Source of the DNA: Lama glama
Lineage: Eukaryota
Reading direction: 5' to 3'
Assembly: GCA_028534125.1 (NCBI GenBank)
Contig: CM052817.1
Coordinates: 56,670,001-56,734,000 of the forward strand
DNA: 64,000 nucleotides
The position numbers and the translations under genes were made by a program. This document shows, in pieces, positions 39,338 through 52,199 of this stretch (the first letter of the stretch is position 1; the number at the start of each line of letters is the position of its first letter). Below the pieces are notes generated by a model. It was given only the letters and a program-made list of their open reading frames with translations. It was not told the origin of the DNA and ran no database searches.

Positions 39338-40461
39338 AAAGAAGATGTGGTATATTTATACAATGGAATACTACTCAGACATAAAAACCGACAACATAAC
39401 GCCATTTGCAGCAACATGGATGCTCCTAGAGAATGTCATTCTAAGTGAAGTAAGCCAGAAAGAGAAAGAAAAATACCATATGAGATCGCGCATATGTGGA
39501 ATCTAAAGACTCATGGACAGAAAATACAGACTTGTGGTTACCAGGGGGGTAGAGGGTGGGAAGGGATAGACTGGGATTTCAAAACTGTAGAATAGATAAA
39601 CAAGATTACACTGTATAGCACAGGGAAATATACACAAAATGTTATGATAAATCACAGAGAAAAAAAGGTGACAATGAGTGTGTATATGTCCATGAATGAC
39701 TGAAAAATTGTGCTGAACACTNNNNNNNNNNNNNNNNNNNNNNNNNNNNNNNNNNNNNNNNNNNNNNNNNNNNNNNNNNNNNNNNNNNNNNNNNNNNNNN
39801 NNNNNNNNNNNNNNNNNNNNNNNNNNNNNNNNNNNNNNNNNNNNNNNNNNNNNNNNNNNNNNNNNNNNNNNNNNNNNNNNNNNNNNNNNNNNNNNNNNNN
39901 NNNNNNNNNNNNNNNNNNNNNNNNNNNNNNNNNNNNNNNNNNNNNNNNNNNNNNNNNNNNNNNNNNNNNNNNNNNNNNNNNNNNNNNNNNNNNNNNNNNN
40001 NNNNNNNNNNNNNNNNNNNNNNNNNNNNNNNNNNNNNNNNNNNNNNNNNNNNNNNNNNNNNNNNNNNNNNNNNNNNNNNNNNNNNNNNNNNNNNNNNNNN
40101 NNNNNNNNNNNNNNNNNNNNNNNNNNNNNNNNNNNNNNNNNNNNNNNNNNNNNNNNNNNNNNNNNNNNNNNNNNNNNNNNNNNNNNNNNNNNNNNNNNNN
40201 NNNNNNNNNNNNNNNNNNNNNTACCAGGGGGGTAGAGGGTGGGAAGGGATAGACTGGGATTTCAAAACTGTAGAATAGATAAACAAGATTACACTGTATA
40301 GCACAGGGAAATATACACAAAATGTTATGATAAATCACAGAGAAAAAAAGGTGACAATGAGTGTGTATATGTCCATGAATGACTGAAAAATTGTGCTGAA
40401 CACTGGAATTTGACACAACATTGTAAAATGATTATAAATCAATAAAAAATGTTAAAAAAAA
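39338..40461 (+). mobile_element. Young 5'-truncated L1 3' end (~440 bp after removing gap and duplication) with TSD
   Basis: aagaagatgtggtatatttatacaatggaatactactcag...gcagcaacatggatg (L1 ORF2 end/3' UTR), AATAAA and A-tail. TSD gaaagtcag at 39329-39337 and 40462-40470. Inserted in MIR-like sequence. Confidence 0.9.
39722..40221. other. Assembly gap (500 N), probably false
   Basis: 39539-39721 is identical to 40222-40404. Confidence 0.95.
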
Positions 40462-40989
40462 GAAAGTCAGTTTCTAATTTATAGACTAGGGAACATAATC
40501 ATATCTACCTCACAGAATGGTTCTGAGAACTAAATTAGGTAACAATAATATTACCTGATTACCTATCTCAGTAAATGGTACTCATAATAATAATAATAAT
40601 TATTATCTTATGATGGAGATTATTTCAAGGATTTTATTCATGTTTTAGTTGTCCTCATATAACTAAAGAGGCTTTCAGTATTTGTGCAAAATTTTCATAG
40701 ACTTTGGGTCATTTTTAATATCATGTGGTCAATTATAAACTCACTGTCATCAATATGCCTACCTATAGCATTTGCCCTATGACAAATTAGCTGGATTTTA
40801 TCTGCTTAAAACTGAAAACTCAAAAAAAAATTTGTTGGAATTGCTTGGAAAATCACAGTATCATAATGGCTGTGGATTAAGATCTGAGGGGTTTTCATAT
40901 GGGTGAAACATGGGAGCTTCTAAAGCTGAACCTTTTAATATAGTTTTATCTGCTTAGAAATTTCTCTCTTAAAACGTGATCTCTATAAT

Positions 40990-42490
40990 TACTCTCTTGG
41001 TTGCAAATAACAGAAATACAACTCAATTTTATTTTTAACTCAAATTTGATTAAGCCAAAGAGAATTTATTAGCTCATATTATGGAGAATATCAGAAATAC
41101 AACTAGCTTCAGTAAAGACAGGATCCAAGAAAATTGTCGGGTTTCCCCTTTCTTCCTTCCTCCCTCCCTCCCCCGACTCCTTCTTTTCCTCTCTCCACTC
41201 CTTACTCTCTTTTTTTTCTTCCTTCCTCTCTCTCATCCATCATTTTTTCTCCATTCTTCAGCTCTGATTTCTTGTTGTGGTTCCATTTTCAAATTGGCTT
41301 TCTCCACATATTTGTAAAAGCAGCTTAGCTGACAGCACGTTAAAAAAGACAGTGATTTTATGCTTAACAAAAGCTTTGAGATAGGCACTAATTGGCCTGG
41401 TTTGCTTATATACCTGTCTTTGAACTAACCTCCATGTTACTCTGATTGCCAGGCCTGTGACACCGGTTTCGCCCCTAACACACCCATAGGGTAACTTAGG
41501 CTTCCTTGAGCCATGTGGTTTAAAAATGGTGGAATCATGGCTTCACATAATGATGTGGTCACTGAGTCCATTACATTCCAAAATTTAACTATGATACACA
41601 CACACTTCTCTTCCCACACAATATCAAAATTCTAGTTGCAACGTGACTCTACTATTTCAACTTCAGTTAAAAGGACAATCACTCTATCAACAAGGACAAA
41701 TAACCCAAGGTTTTGTATAATTATTGCCTCTAGCTCTATGACCAACACTGGTGAGTGATATCTATTCCACCCAGTCATATTTACATGAAGCTATTCATAG
41801 TCTGGCAATTTTAGGGACCTAAAATATAGAATTTGAAAGGCATTTAATCTAAAATAGATAGCAGTTTGACAACTGCTCTGCTTTCATATATAAAAATACG
41901 CCAGTACTGTAGCCTTGGGAGGGAAATCCCCATTGCCATCTAATCTCTATTCAACACATTCCATATTTTAGGGTCTGTTACTTGGAAAGTACAAGCCCAT
42001 TTCCTATTTATAATTTTTCTTAGGTTATTATGTCTGCAAATATCATAAATCTAAAGTTCAGGACAATTAGTTAGAGGTGTTTCTGAGTTCAATGGGTTAT
42101 CTAAACAAGTCACCAGCGCATCTCTTTTCATTACATTACTCTGTTTTCCTCCATGTTGGTTTATTTATGGGCCAAATTCTTCCTATGAGATGGCAAAGAT
42201 GATCCTTGGTAGCTCTAGGCTTAAATTTTTGGAGAGGTAACATATCCAGGAAAAAAAGGAAAGTTATTTTCCAACATTCTAACAAAATCCTCTAAGTAGG
42301 ACTCTTATCAACTTTGCTTGAGTCACGTGCTTCTGAATCCATCACTGAGGTGATGTGAATGCAAAGGACTTGTACAGAATATTCTCATACCTTGACCTAG
42401 GAGGTGAGATCAACGTCACATTAACCACATAGACCAAGAATGAAGTGGGGCCATTTTTCCAAACAGATGCTTGACAAAACACCAGGCTAG
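40990..42490 (-). mobile_element. MLT1J/K-like MaLR with two LTR-like parts and residual internal sequence
   Basis: ttggttgcaaataacagaaa...aatttattagctcat (LTR); cacacttctcttcccacac...acccaaggtttt..attgcctctagctct (MLT-int-like); gagatggcaaagatg...agctctaggctta...gagtcacgtgc (second LTR). Confidence 0.55.
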
Positions 42491-44689
42491 ATTTCCTATA
42501 GTTGACATTGCCAGAGAGGAGACTTACTAATAAGTGAGGTGCTTGGTACTATGTGTAATGACCTCCAATTTCTTTCAATGGTCTTTTGAACATAAAGCAT
42601 CAATAGCAAGTGCCAAAAATTGACTTTGGTCTGTTCTTTTTTTTCAACTTTCACCAACTTTTCTCTTTCCTCTCCTACATTATGCAAATTGCATTTAGTT
42701 CCACAATCATATACTGAATATTTGTTCTTTGTTTTTAAATACATATGACATAACCTTTAATTAGTGGTAGTCTAGTAGAGAAGACAGACATATAAAATGG
42801 GTAATTCTATTATAAGAGAGAAATGAATACACACTACAGTGGAACTAAACTGTACTAATTTATTTGATCAGAATTGTAAAAATACTCTTTTCCAAATTAC
42901 ATATTCTGTGCCTGTGAGTCTGTTTTTATTCCTGGGAATATAATAATGTTCAATAGTTATGCAAGGCTTCTTTTTACTCAGTTTTTGCTGGTCTCTTAAA
43001 ATAGATGTTATGTAATAAGAGGATAACCTTAAGCCAATTGCATAATTTAGATATGCTGTAAGTATTATTATTAAATGAGTTACCCGGAATCACTTCCCAC
43101 CACACATATTGATGTATATTATCCAGATACACCAAAAAATGGTTTTGAATGGTAGGCAATGAAGCCAAAATATAAAAATCTTTCTAGAAAGTGAGGACTG
43201 TAAAGTATGACTTCTAAAAGTACATACCATCTTCTGAATTTAAAGATACCAATATAAAGTTGACACTTTGATTCACTCACAGGAGTTATGGCAATTAACA
43301 GTAATAGGAGTTTAAACTTCACAAAGAATGCAGAATTACCACTCAATAGTAAAATATTGTAAAGTTTTCTTTACAAATATTTTTGATATAACCTGGACTT
43401 ATCAAGTCCGTCATTTTGGCATAAATACTCTCAGAATACATCTGGGAAAACTAAACTCATGAGATTTATGGTTTTTGTAGGGAAAATCAGTCTCTGATTT
43501 CTTCATCTCATTATTAATGATAAGGGTTAAAAGGCAAGAGATAAGTAACCTAAATGATGAAACAATATGTCAGGTTTTATGGTATTCCAAGACAGATCAA
43601 GTAACTTACAGATATGGTTTCAGAATTGCAGTTTACCAGCAAAAACCATGTATCTAAGAAACAAGTTTAATATGATCATGTTTCAGCTATGCATGGCTGC
43701 CTATGTAACTGTAAAATGATCAATATATACTTAGAAAGGGACTCTAAGACAGGGACCATTCCTCAGGGAAAACTGAGCCAGCCTCATTTCCTATGTATTC
43801 ATATGAGAACAAGTATACAATTTTTTAAACATTTAATGCAGAATGGTTGCCATGTAATTTAATAAATGGAGAATTAAGAACAAGAAGAGAAAAAAACTGG
43901 ATTTCTTGAAATGTTTCCTTATAATCTCTGAATTGATGGAGAAATTAGAAATATAACCTTAAGGTATATGATGATGCATTATCATTTTTATTATCATTAT
44001 GTAATGGTGTTGTCAAAGGATACCCAGTAGAAGCTACAACCGTTAACAAGCAAAACAGCATTTTAGCTTTCAACATTTCTCCCTCAAATGTCACATAGAA
44101 ACAGGGGTAACGGAGAAGACAGAAGAAAAAAAAAAGAGATTCTGAAGTAGAAAGGATATTTGAAAGTTTTTAATTAAAAATATTAGTTGAAATTTTTATT
44201 CATAGCTTGCATATTTCCAATAATTAACATATAAAAAATAAATAATAGCTGATGTTAGGATTTAAGAGCAAAGAAGGATCTACAGTTCTTTACTTCCTTG
44301 GGCTTTCATTGAGAATTCTCCTCAATACATTAAAATAATTCCATGAGAATGCATGCTGTTGTATTTACATAAACAACTTCAGAGCTCATGAAGCAGATGG
44401 GTGAATATGATTCCCCATCATTACAAAGCTCTACCTTCTGCAATAGGGTCTAGAGATTGTAGGCGACAAAGTATGGTTGGAAAACTGTCAGAAATTCCAA
44501 AGTTATATTCCCATGATGCCTCCTCAACAAGACAGGCAGGGGACAAAATCCATTAAGTCAGTTAAATACAATTATGCTTGTTGATGGCCTCAGGGTTGAG
44601 AATATGAGTATGAAATTAGACCACCAAGTCTGCAATAATGTTTGAGGAATGCAGGACTTGCCACCTAAAACTCTCTTTCCCTCACTGAC

Positions 44690-44784
44690 AGCAAAGTCCC
44701 TTTTGCCGTGTAATGTAACATGGTCACAGGTTCTGGACTTTGGAGATGGCATCTTTAGGGAGCCATTTTACTGTGCCTACTATA
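44690..44784 (-). mobile_element. MLT1C/D 5' fragment
   Basis: gcaaagtcccttttgccgtgtaatgtaacatggtcacaggttctgg...catctttagggagccatt...gcctactata. Confidence 0.75.
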
Positions 44785-45428
44785 GTTCCCCTTTTAAAGT
44801 ACGGATTCTCAAAGAAAGAAGTCATACTTTGAATCAGTCCATCTAAACTCGTCACAGCCAAGAATGCTTCACATAGGCTCCATAATTTGAAATTTTGTAT
44901 CTAGTCTGCAAAGTGTATTTATTAAGTGGCTGGGAATTCATTGTGTTTTTATTAAATAAAGTAGTTTATTACTAACAATTAGACCATTTGATTACCAGGA
45001 GGTAGCCATTGTTATTAAAATGAGTTCATATCACAAAGAAACATCATATTTGCCTTCATTTGCTTATCTTTATATTAAGTTGTTCAGGTTAGACTTTTTG
45101 GAACACATTGGATATTTTTAATTCATGCTTAAATGTTCCTGAATAACCCTAGATTTTATTAATTTATTCAATTATGAATTTGAATCACAAAATATCCTAA
45201 CAATGAAGAAATGAAGCATTTTGACTCCTATTCACCTCTTTCTATTAGAGAGTAAAATCATTCCTAACAGCCCTCCAGTAGACTTCCTTTCAGGTCCCAC
45301 TGGCCAGGTTTCATTTCCATTGTGGCAGATCACTTCTGTCAACAAAGAGGAGGAGAGGAGGTGGTTGTTGGGTAGCAACCAACACCATCGGACTGGCACT
45401 GACAGTTTAACAATAAAATCCGTAATTT

Positions 45429-45807
45429 GCACTGGCTATACAAATAGTTCGGCTCTGTTTTTGATGTTTGGTTGCTGACAGCTTTTTAAGCCCTACCTCT
45501 TCTGCTCCATATCTGGACAAGCTGATAAGAAATAATCCCAGGCACTTTTACATTTGGCTCCATGGGAGCCTCATCCTGGCTCCACTCCCTGATTACCATA
45601 AAAACCCCAAAGCAGTCTCCTTTTCTTGCTTTCCCAAGCTATTTTTTAACCAGTTTGGGAGTCTGCCTTGCTCTGCCCAGAAAACCTCATTTATGTGAGT
45701 CATAAACTTTTCTATAGCCTCTCAGTGTGTATGTAGTAACATCAGTCTTGATATCCAAACCAAATTTTGATGAGGATTCATCCTTTTTCTGTGGGATAGC
45801 TTAAACA
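45429..45807 (+). mobile_element. ERV1 solo LTR (MER90-like)
   Basis: tgcactggctatacaaatagttcggctctg...gctgacagcttt...tctggacaagctgataagaaa...gaaaacctcatttatgtgagtcataaactttt...aaaca. Confidence 0.65.
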
Positions 45808-46310
45808 AGGTCTTAACTTCTATAAAAGTATTTTTAAATGCATTAACTCTTTTGATCTGTACAATAATTCTTTCTGGTAGTTCTAATTAGCAAAATGGTT
45901 ACAGATTAGTAAACTGGGATTCTAGAATATAAGTGACTTCCCCAAAGACAGGTGGTAAATGAAAAACCTAGGTCTCAAAAACTCCAATTCAGTACCATTG
46001 CTTCTGTACTACAGTACCACTGATACATTTTCCAAATATGGTTTGGTAAAATGTCCTTATTTCAAGAATAATTTAAAATTAATGATACATTATATGAGGC
46101 TTGCAAAATTCCTGCACAAGCAAAATTTATGCAGAAGCAGAAAACATATGTCAAATAACTGTATGATAAAGATGATAAATATTGGCACTTAAATTTTTAA
46201 AAATGAACTATTTCAAGACCTCTGAAAGTTCCAATGACATAATAACCAGAAATTATTCTGTACAGGTTAGGATTATATACATGTATGTCATACCCAATTA
46301 TGTATAAGCG

Positions 46311-46314
<4 letters not shown>

Positions 46315-46345
<31 letters not shown>
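46315..46345. repeat. (TG)n microsatellite
   Basis: About 15 TG units. Confidence 0.95.
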
Positions 46346-46347
<2 letters not shown>

Positions 46348-47441
46348 CACGAAGGTTTTAAAACCTCCCTATGAGTCAGTCACTATGCTCAATGCCTTAC
46401 GTACTCCATCCCATTTGATCCTCATAGTAACCATAGAAGTTAGATATGTTTCCTCTTTCACAAATGACAAACCAGAGTCTTAGAGAGTTCATGTAACTTG
46501 TTCAGATTATAGACCTGAACGTAGGAGACCTGGGATTTGAAAACAGACTACCTGAATACAAAAAAGTTTGTAATCTTAACAAAGATTTGATACTATCTCC
46601 CTGATAATTTTTCTTCTAGAAATTATCATATTTTGGGAGGCTATTAATCAGAGTATTTGAAACATTTTAACTGTATTTATTGCTAAAAATTCTATGTTTA
46701 AATATATCACTAACTCAGACTTACCAATAATTTCAAGGTAATGGTTACTAAATGTAATTTTCCATGTCCTAGGAGAAAGCCTGAGTATCCATACAATATC
46801 ACATTTTTAGAAATTATTGTTAAAGAAAATGAAAACACTTTAATAATCAACTTTATGTGTTCATTATTCATTTTAGTAATTCCTTGCATTTCTATAGTTA
46901 GTTTTACAGTTCTAAAGTGCTTTCACATTCTCATTTGCTCCTCATAAACCTATCAAGGTTGGAAGAGAAAGCATTATTGTTCCTATTTTATAGCCACAGC
47001 TACCACAAAGAAAACTTATACATGTTTCAGAGTCTGATGTAATGCTTTTGATTTCAGAATAAACAAAAATGTTGAAAATATGACAGTTCCTGAAAAAAAA
47101 TTATTTTTTAAAAAGTCATTTAATATCTCATTGTGTGCCCCACTGCAAGAAGTTATTTATAAAAGATGCTTCCAGTTGAAAAGTTTTTGAAGTCTTTTTT
47201 AATTTTTTAAAACCTTATGCATATTAAACATGTAATATGTTTAGGGAGTGTAGAACTTGCTGCACAATGAAGTATCAAATCAGCAACAAGAAATAAAAGA
47301 AGGCTTTTAAATATTATTTTAATTTGCTTTAATTACTTTTAATATTACTTCTTCAATAAGATGACCTATTTAAAATTAGGATCGTAAGGAATAAACTTTA
47401 TTTATTCATTTGCTAATTCATTCAACAAACTTATTGAGCCC

Positions 47442-47937
47442 TGACAAATATGGCCTTAATGTTCCCCTTAGCTTATTATCTAGACTTCAGACAAGCTTCT
47501 CCCTGACTTGAAACCCTTAAATTCCCTTTACTTAGAGAATTTATTTAGAAAACTTACAATTAGAAATTATTTCTTTAACCTTTTGAGGTTGAATTTTTAA
47601 AAATAGCCTCCTGCTAATTTTATAACCCAGGAATGTCTTTCTCAAGGACCTACAAAGCCAACCCTTGGAAAGGTAATCATCAAGCAAGACAGAATCCCTG
47701 TTTTCCAGTTTCTGTGGGAGGGTGGAAGCCTAACTTGCTCCAAGCTGTGAAACTACCCCCTGTCACAAAGACAGGAGAAAGTTTAACCACAATCCTTCTG
47801 CCCAGCTCTTAAAAACATTCCCATCCTTCGTTCAGCAGAGTTAATCTCAGACTATTTATGGCCTCTCTCTCACACAGTAGCTTCAAATAGTTTTCCTTGC
47901 TTATAGGACTTCACTGGGTGCAATTTTTGTTTTGACA
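47442..47937 (+). mobile_element. ERV1 solo LTR (MER67-like)
   Basis: tgaca...ggccttaatgttccccttagctt...ttagaaaacttacaatt...acccaggaatgtctttctcaaggacct...tttgaca; TG...CA termini. Confidence 0.75.
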
Positions 47938-48108
47938 GAATTCGTTATTTCTGAAGCCCTTTGAGAGGCATTGAGGATAACCCTAGATGAGTAGCATGGT
48001 TACCCTACCCTCAAGTAGTTCAGAGTTCGGGTTACAGGAAGGAGGAGCACGCAAATAATCAAATAGGTCATTAGAGTCTGTCCAGGGGTATTATAAAAAG
48101 GAAACACA

Positions 48109-48537
48109 TGTCGACTGAAAAGACAGCATTTCAGATAGCTCTGAGTAACTGCTCAGAAGAGGCGGGGGGAACTCAGTATTACATATTAGTGGAAGGGGTA
48201 TATACAGTCAAGCACACATTTACAAAGAGGCTTGCTCCTAGTCACCAGGAGTAGATGTCATCGTTAATGATTTTAGTGCTTTTCTAAATATGAGGAGATG
48301 CAAAAATTTGGGCTCATTAAATCTTCTCCTGAAAATATCTAACTATCTATGTTCTGCCAGTGTTCCCAGAGCACAGAGGGCCTCATTCCTGATCTCCACC
48401 CTGAACTCCTTCCAGGGCGTGTAGGAGGTCAGTGGCTGCAGCGGCTCATGATTTAATCCGAGGAGAGGTAGATGGCAAGTGACAACGTGATCCAATCTTT
48501 GTAGAGGCAGATGGCAAGTGCCAATTTTTAGTTGGCA
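48109..48537 (-). mobile_element. ERV1 solo LTR (MER41-like, laurasiatherian type)
   Basis: TG...CA termini (tgtcgact/agttggca), near-TSD caca/gaca, gttaatgattttagtgcttttcta..atgaggagatgc motif, internal ~38-bp repeat agaggYagatggcaagtg. Confidence 0.7.
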
Positions 48538-49211
48538 GACAGAATGCTAAATAATTTAGAAACAAGTAAACCAAGGCAGCTAAACAAGTAGGTCATGTAA
48601 AACTTTCCACAACAAAATTTGAAGTAAATCTTAAAGATAAGCTACTAGTAAATTTTAGGGTTCCCATTGCAAGCAAGGGGTTGTCACTAGTAAGAGTTAG
48701 AAATTAATACCAGCACCATTCCAGCTGCCCTAACAACAATGGCAGCCACATATTTATCCTATCTTTACCATATCCTTTGTGCAATACTTCTGAAAGTCAC
48801 TTGCTCAGAGGATGTAAATATTAGTAAGGTTTAATCCTGGCCTCAAAAAGCTCACACTCTGCATTAATCCTCAAGATGTAATTAGCAGTTTAAACTGGCA
48901 AGGCTGCAAAACAGTACAGTCTGTCATTGGCTTCACCTTTTACTACTACCATACACTTCTTCTGGCACCCAAAATATACTAAAGTCCCAGGGCTGTCCTG
49001 GCCTCCAGGTACTCAAACTCATACACTGTGCTAGCCTGCCTGGCTGCCTTCTTGTACTTTTTCCTGCTAATTAAGTAACATGTCCGTAACATTTATGTAA
49101 TTGTCTCAGAGACTAAATTCTACTCATCCATTTTAATATTAAACAAATTTTGTCAATAAAGTGGTTCTAACACAGTAAGAGGTAGTAAATTTAAGTTCTT
49201 CTTACTGGCAT

Positions 49212-49556
49212 TGTTAAAAAATAAGCTAAGGTATATTAAAAATGTTGAGTTTCAGCAAAAATCAATTCCAATCAGGCAGTATCAACCTGGAAATGGTTGG
49301 AGTGCTCCAATGATAGGAAATAGGAGAGAGACTTTTATGGAGAAAAGGAAGAAGCAAAACAAGAAACTTACTTGATTGGCTATAGCTTAAGCTTTTGTCT
49401 TACTTGAAAGAGTTTAGTTGGCTGTTTGTGATTGGTTGTTCTTAGGTTTTGTTTTCTTAACTCTGAGACATTTACAGACTTAGGTTTTGGGTTTCTTATA
49501 AAGGCTGCTAAGGTATTAGAACCACCTCTGATAGCCTCCTAGTTTAATTAATAACA
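49212..49556 (-). mobile_element. ERV1 solo LTR (MER51/MER57-like)
   Basis: tgtta...taaca termini, near-TSD gcat/gcct, two minus-strand CCAAT boxes (tgattggc, tgattggt). Confidence 0.65.
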
Positions 49557-49939
49557 GCCTACATCAGGAAGTGTGTGGTGAAGGAAACAAAAATTTCCTA
49601 AGTCAACCACCTTCTGAAACTTGAAATAGGCTCAGGGGACTGATACACCACAATTAAAATCTTGCCTCCTCCACTCACTTCTGGGTGACTTGGGGAAGTA
49701 TCTTTCCCTTTGCTAGCTTTCACTTCTCTGAGCTGCCAAATGAAAAAAACAAAACAAAACTGTCCCTTCCTATAAAGTATTGGAAAATTAGCTATCCCTG
49801 ACCACTAGTGAGGGCTCGATAAATGTGAGTTATAAGTAACTTCTTTCTAATCATTCATTCACTCAATAAATATTTGTTGGTGGCTAATGTGTGCCATGCA
49901 CTGTTCTGGGAACAGGTGACAAAGCAATGAACAACATTA

Positions 49940-51010
49940 AATACATTCTCCCAACTGGTCATCAGACTTCTATTTGAAGACCTCCAGTGACAGGAAACCT
50001 ACTACCTCCTGAAATGGCTCATTCAGGCAATTCTGACTGTGAGAAACATTGCCTTAAATTACGTAAAAAAGCAGTTGCTTCACAATTTCTATCCATTAAC
50101 TCTATTTCCATAGCACTAGAGCACCTACTGAGTAAGTGTGTTGGCTTTTCACCATGCAAGCTTTTAAATATAGAAGGTAGTTTGGGTGAAGTCTGGCTAC
50201 CTAAGGGCCTGCAATGCTCTCTGACTCTGGATGGGTCACTTCCTCCAAATCTACTCTTTGCTTGTTTTCCTCTGTTTCTTTGAAAGAATGGTATACAGAA
50301 GTAGCCATAGTATTTCCTCTTTTAAGATACTGTACCTCTTTTTAATAAAATCTAGGCTCAAAGTAGATTTACCAACAACAACATGACAATAACAATTCAT
50401 ATTGGGCTTCAGGTCATCTGAAAGCTTATTGGTCTAAGTCCCATATCCCTCATTTTATACTTGTGAAGTTTTGTGTTTTTTAAAAAATAAAGTGAAGAAT
50501 GGTTTATAGTTTATCTTTTTATATAATTTATCACAGCAACATATTGATATCAATTTGTCTCTAGCTTTTTACCATGTGACATTTTACTGTCCCTCTCAAT
50601 TTTGTATAATTTGCAAATTCAAACATGTCCCATCTCTCTCCAAATAGGTTACTGCTATAAAATGTGGACCATTGTCAGTGTTGAGAGACGAACTCATTGT
50701 TTCTGTGTTAAAATTCTCCGTCCAATTTGATATCAAGCTATCCATCATTAATGTCTGGATACCATCAATCCATTATATATCCATCAGATAATGCTATTCT
50801 CTCTAGACCCATACTACCATGGTGAAAATTGGAATTACAATTTCCAATATCCTCTTCTGGCATTTATCTTAGTCTCTATAATTCTTTAAAGCTACTCTCT
50901 AATATTCCTTCTACAAGTTCTTTCATAGAATAGAATCTAATCACAGAACAAAAGAAATTCACTTATCGAATCCAATCATTCCCTTACCGTCTCTTCATCC
51001 TTCGGGGGTG
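49940..51010 (-). mobile_element. L3/CR1 LINE fragments
   Basis: ctggtcatcagacttctatttgaagacctccagtgacaggaaacctactacctcc...ctgactgtgagaaacattgcctta...catgcaagcttttaaatat; further CR1-like sequence at 50650-51010. Confidence 0.65.
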
Positions 51011-51139
51011 TTGTCTCCTTTCTCTTCATTTCCAGACATCATTTGCTTTGAATGAGAGGACAACAATTTGAGCAGTTATGATCTCTTCACATCCTTCTCA
51101 TTAATATTTATCCCTCTAGACCCATGGAGTGGGCTTATT

Positions 51140-51298
51140 TCCTTCCTTCCCTCTCACCTTCCTTTCTCACTCCCTTTTACCCTCCCCCACTTCCCTTCCT
51201 CCTCTCCTCCTTCCTTCTTCCTTCCCACTCTTCCTCCCTCTTTCTGCCTGTGCTTCCCTCTCTTCAGTCTCCTGGCTCCCATCTGCTTCTCTTTCTCC
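51140..51298. repeat. Polypyrimidine low-complexity tract
   Basis: Almost entirely C/T on the + strand; a similar tract lies at 41145-41260. Confidence 0.85.
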
Positions 51299-52199
51299 AG
51301 AAATGATTATAAAATAAAATTTTGTTATCAAGAGGTAGTATAAAGTGCAAAGAGCACAAAGAGCACAAATTTTTGATGGAGCAAATAATTCTCTACAGTT
51401 TGGGCATTTGCTTAATCTCTTTAGACTTACTTCAGAGGTTTTTACGAACAATAATTGAACAGATGTAAAAAACTTAGAGCATCTTTAAAGCATAATAGAT
51501 GTTAAATAAATGTTAATGCAGCATGAGTTTAAAGTTACAATTCCACAATTTAGATGGCTAAAATATGTAATTTGTGTTTTTACCAGAAATAGATTCAGTC
51601 TCTACTACAGATTCCCCATTCCCACTCAGTAGTGGGGAGAAGGGAAGCAGCAGGACAAGACCTTCAACTTGGCACGAAAAGTGTCTTAGTCTATCTCAGT
51701 CTCAAAAACAGTGGGTTTTGGATGTTTGTTGTTTTTGTTGTTGTTTGGGAAATACACAGTAAATTTTAAAAGGCAAATTCTATTCATGCAGATTTTCCTA
51801 CTTCTTCCAGGAAACTCCCCTCTCTCCTTATTTCCATGGTGGTCTCAGGCAAAATTTTCATGATAGTCACCCTTCCTCTGGCCCCATTTACACAGCACAG
51901 TGCTTTCTCCTTCATCTCTGTATCTGGTGCAAACTTCCCTTCCATCATATTTTATATCCTGAATATGACTTAAAATAAAATTTTATTTATTCTAAAATTC
52001 TGATTTGAGTCCTCCATACAAGGCTCTTGAATTGTAAAAGTGAGTATTTGGAACAGACTGTCTACAGGCAAATTAGAAAAGAATCACACTATCCTTGAAT
52101 TAAAAAAAGAAGTGAAATTGTTTCTTTTCATTTTTAATAATGACAGTGATACGAAACATAAAGCCATTCTGTGCAAATTCTATAAATCAAAATTTGAAA

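Noticed and set aside
51068..51451. Pro/Ser/Leu/Phe-rich and Glu/Arg/Gly-rich ORFs (also 41081-41328)
   Set aside because: Translation of polypyrimidine low-complexity tracts.
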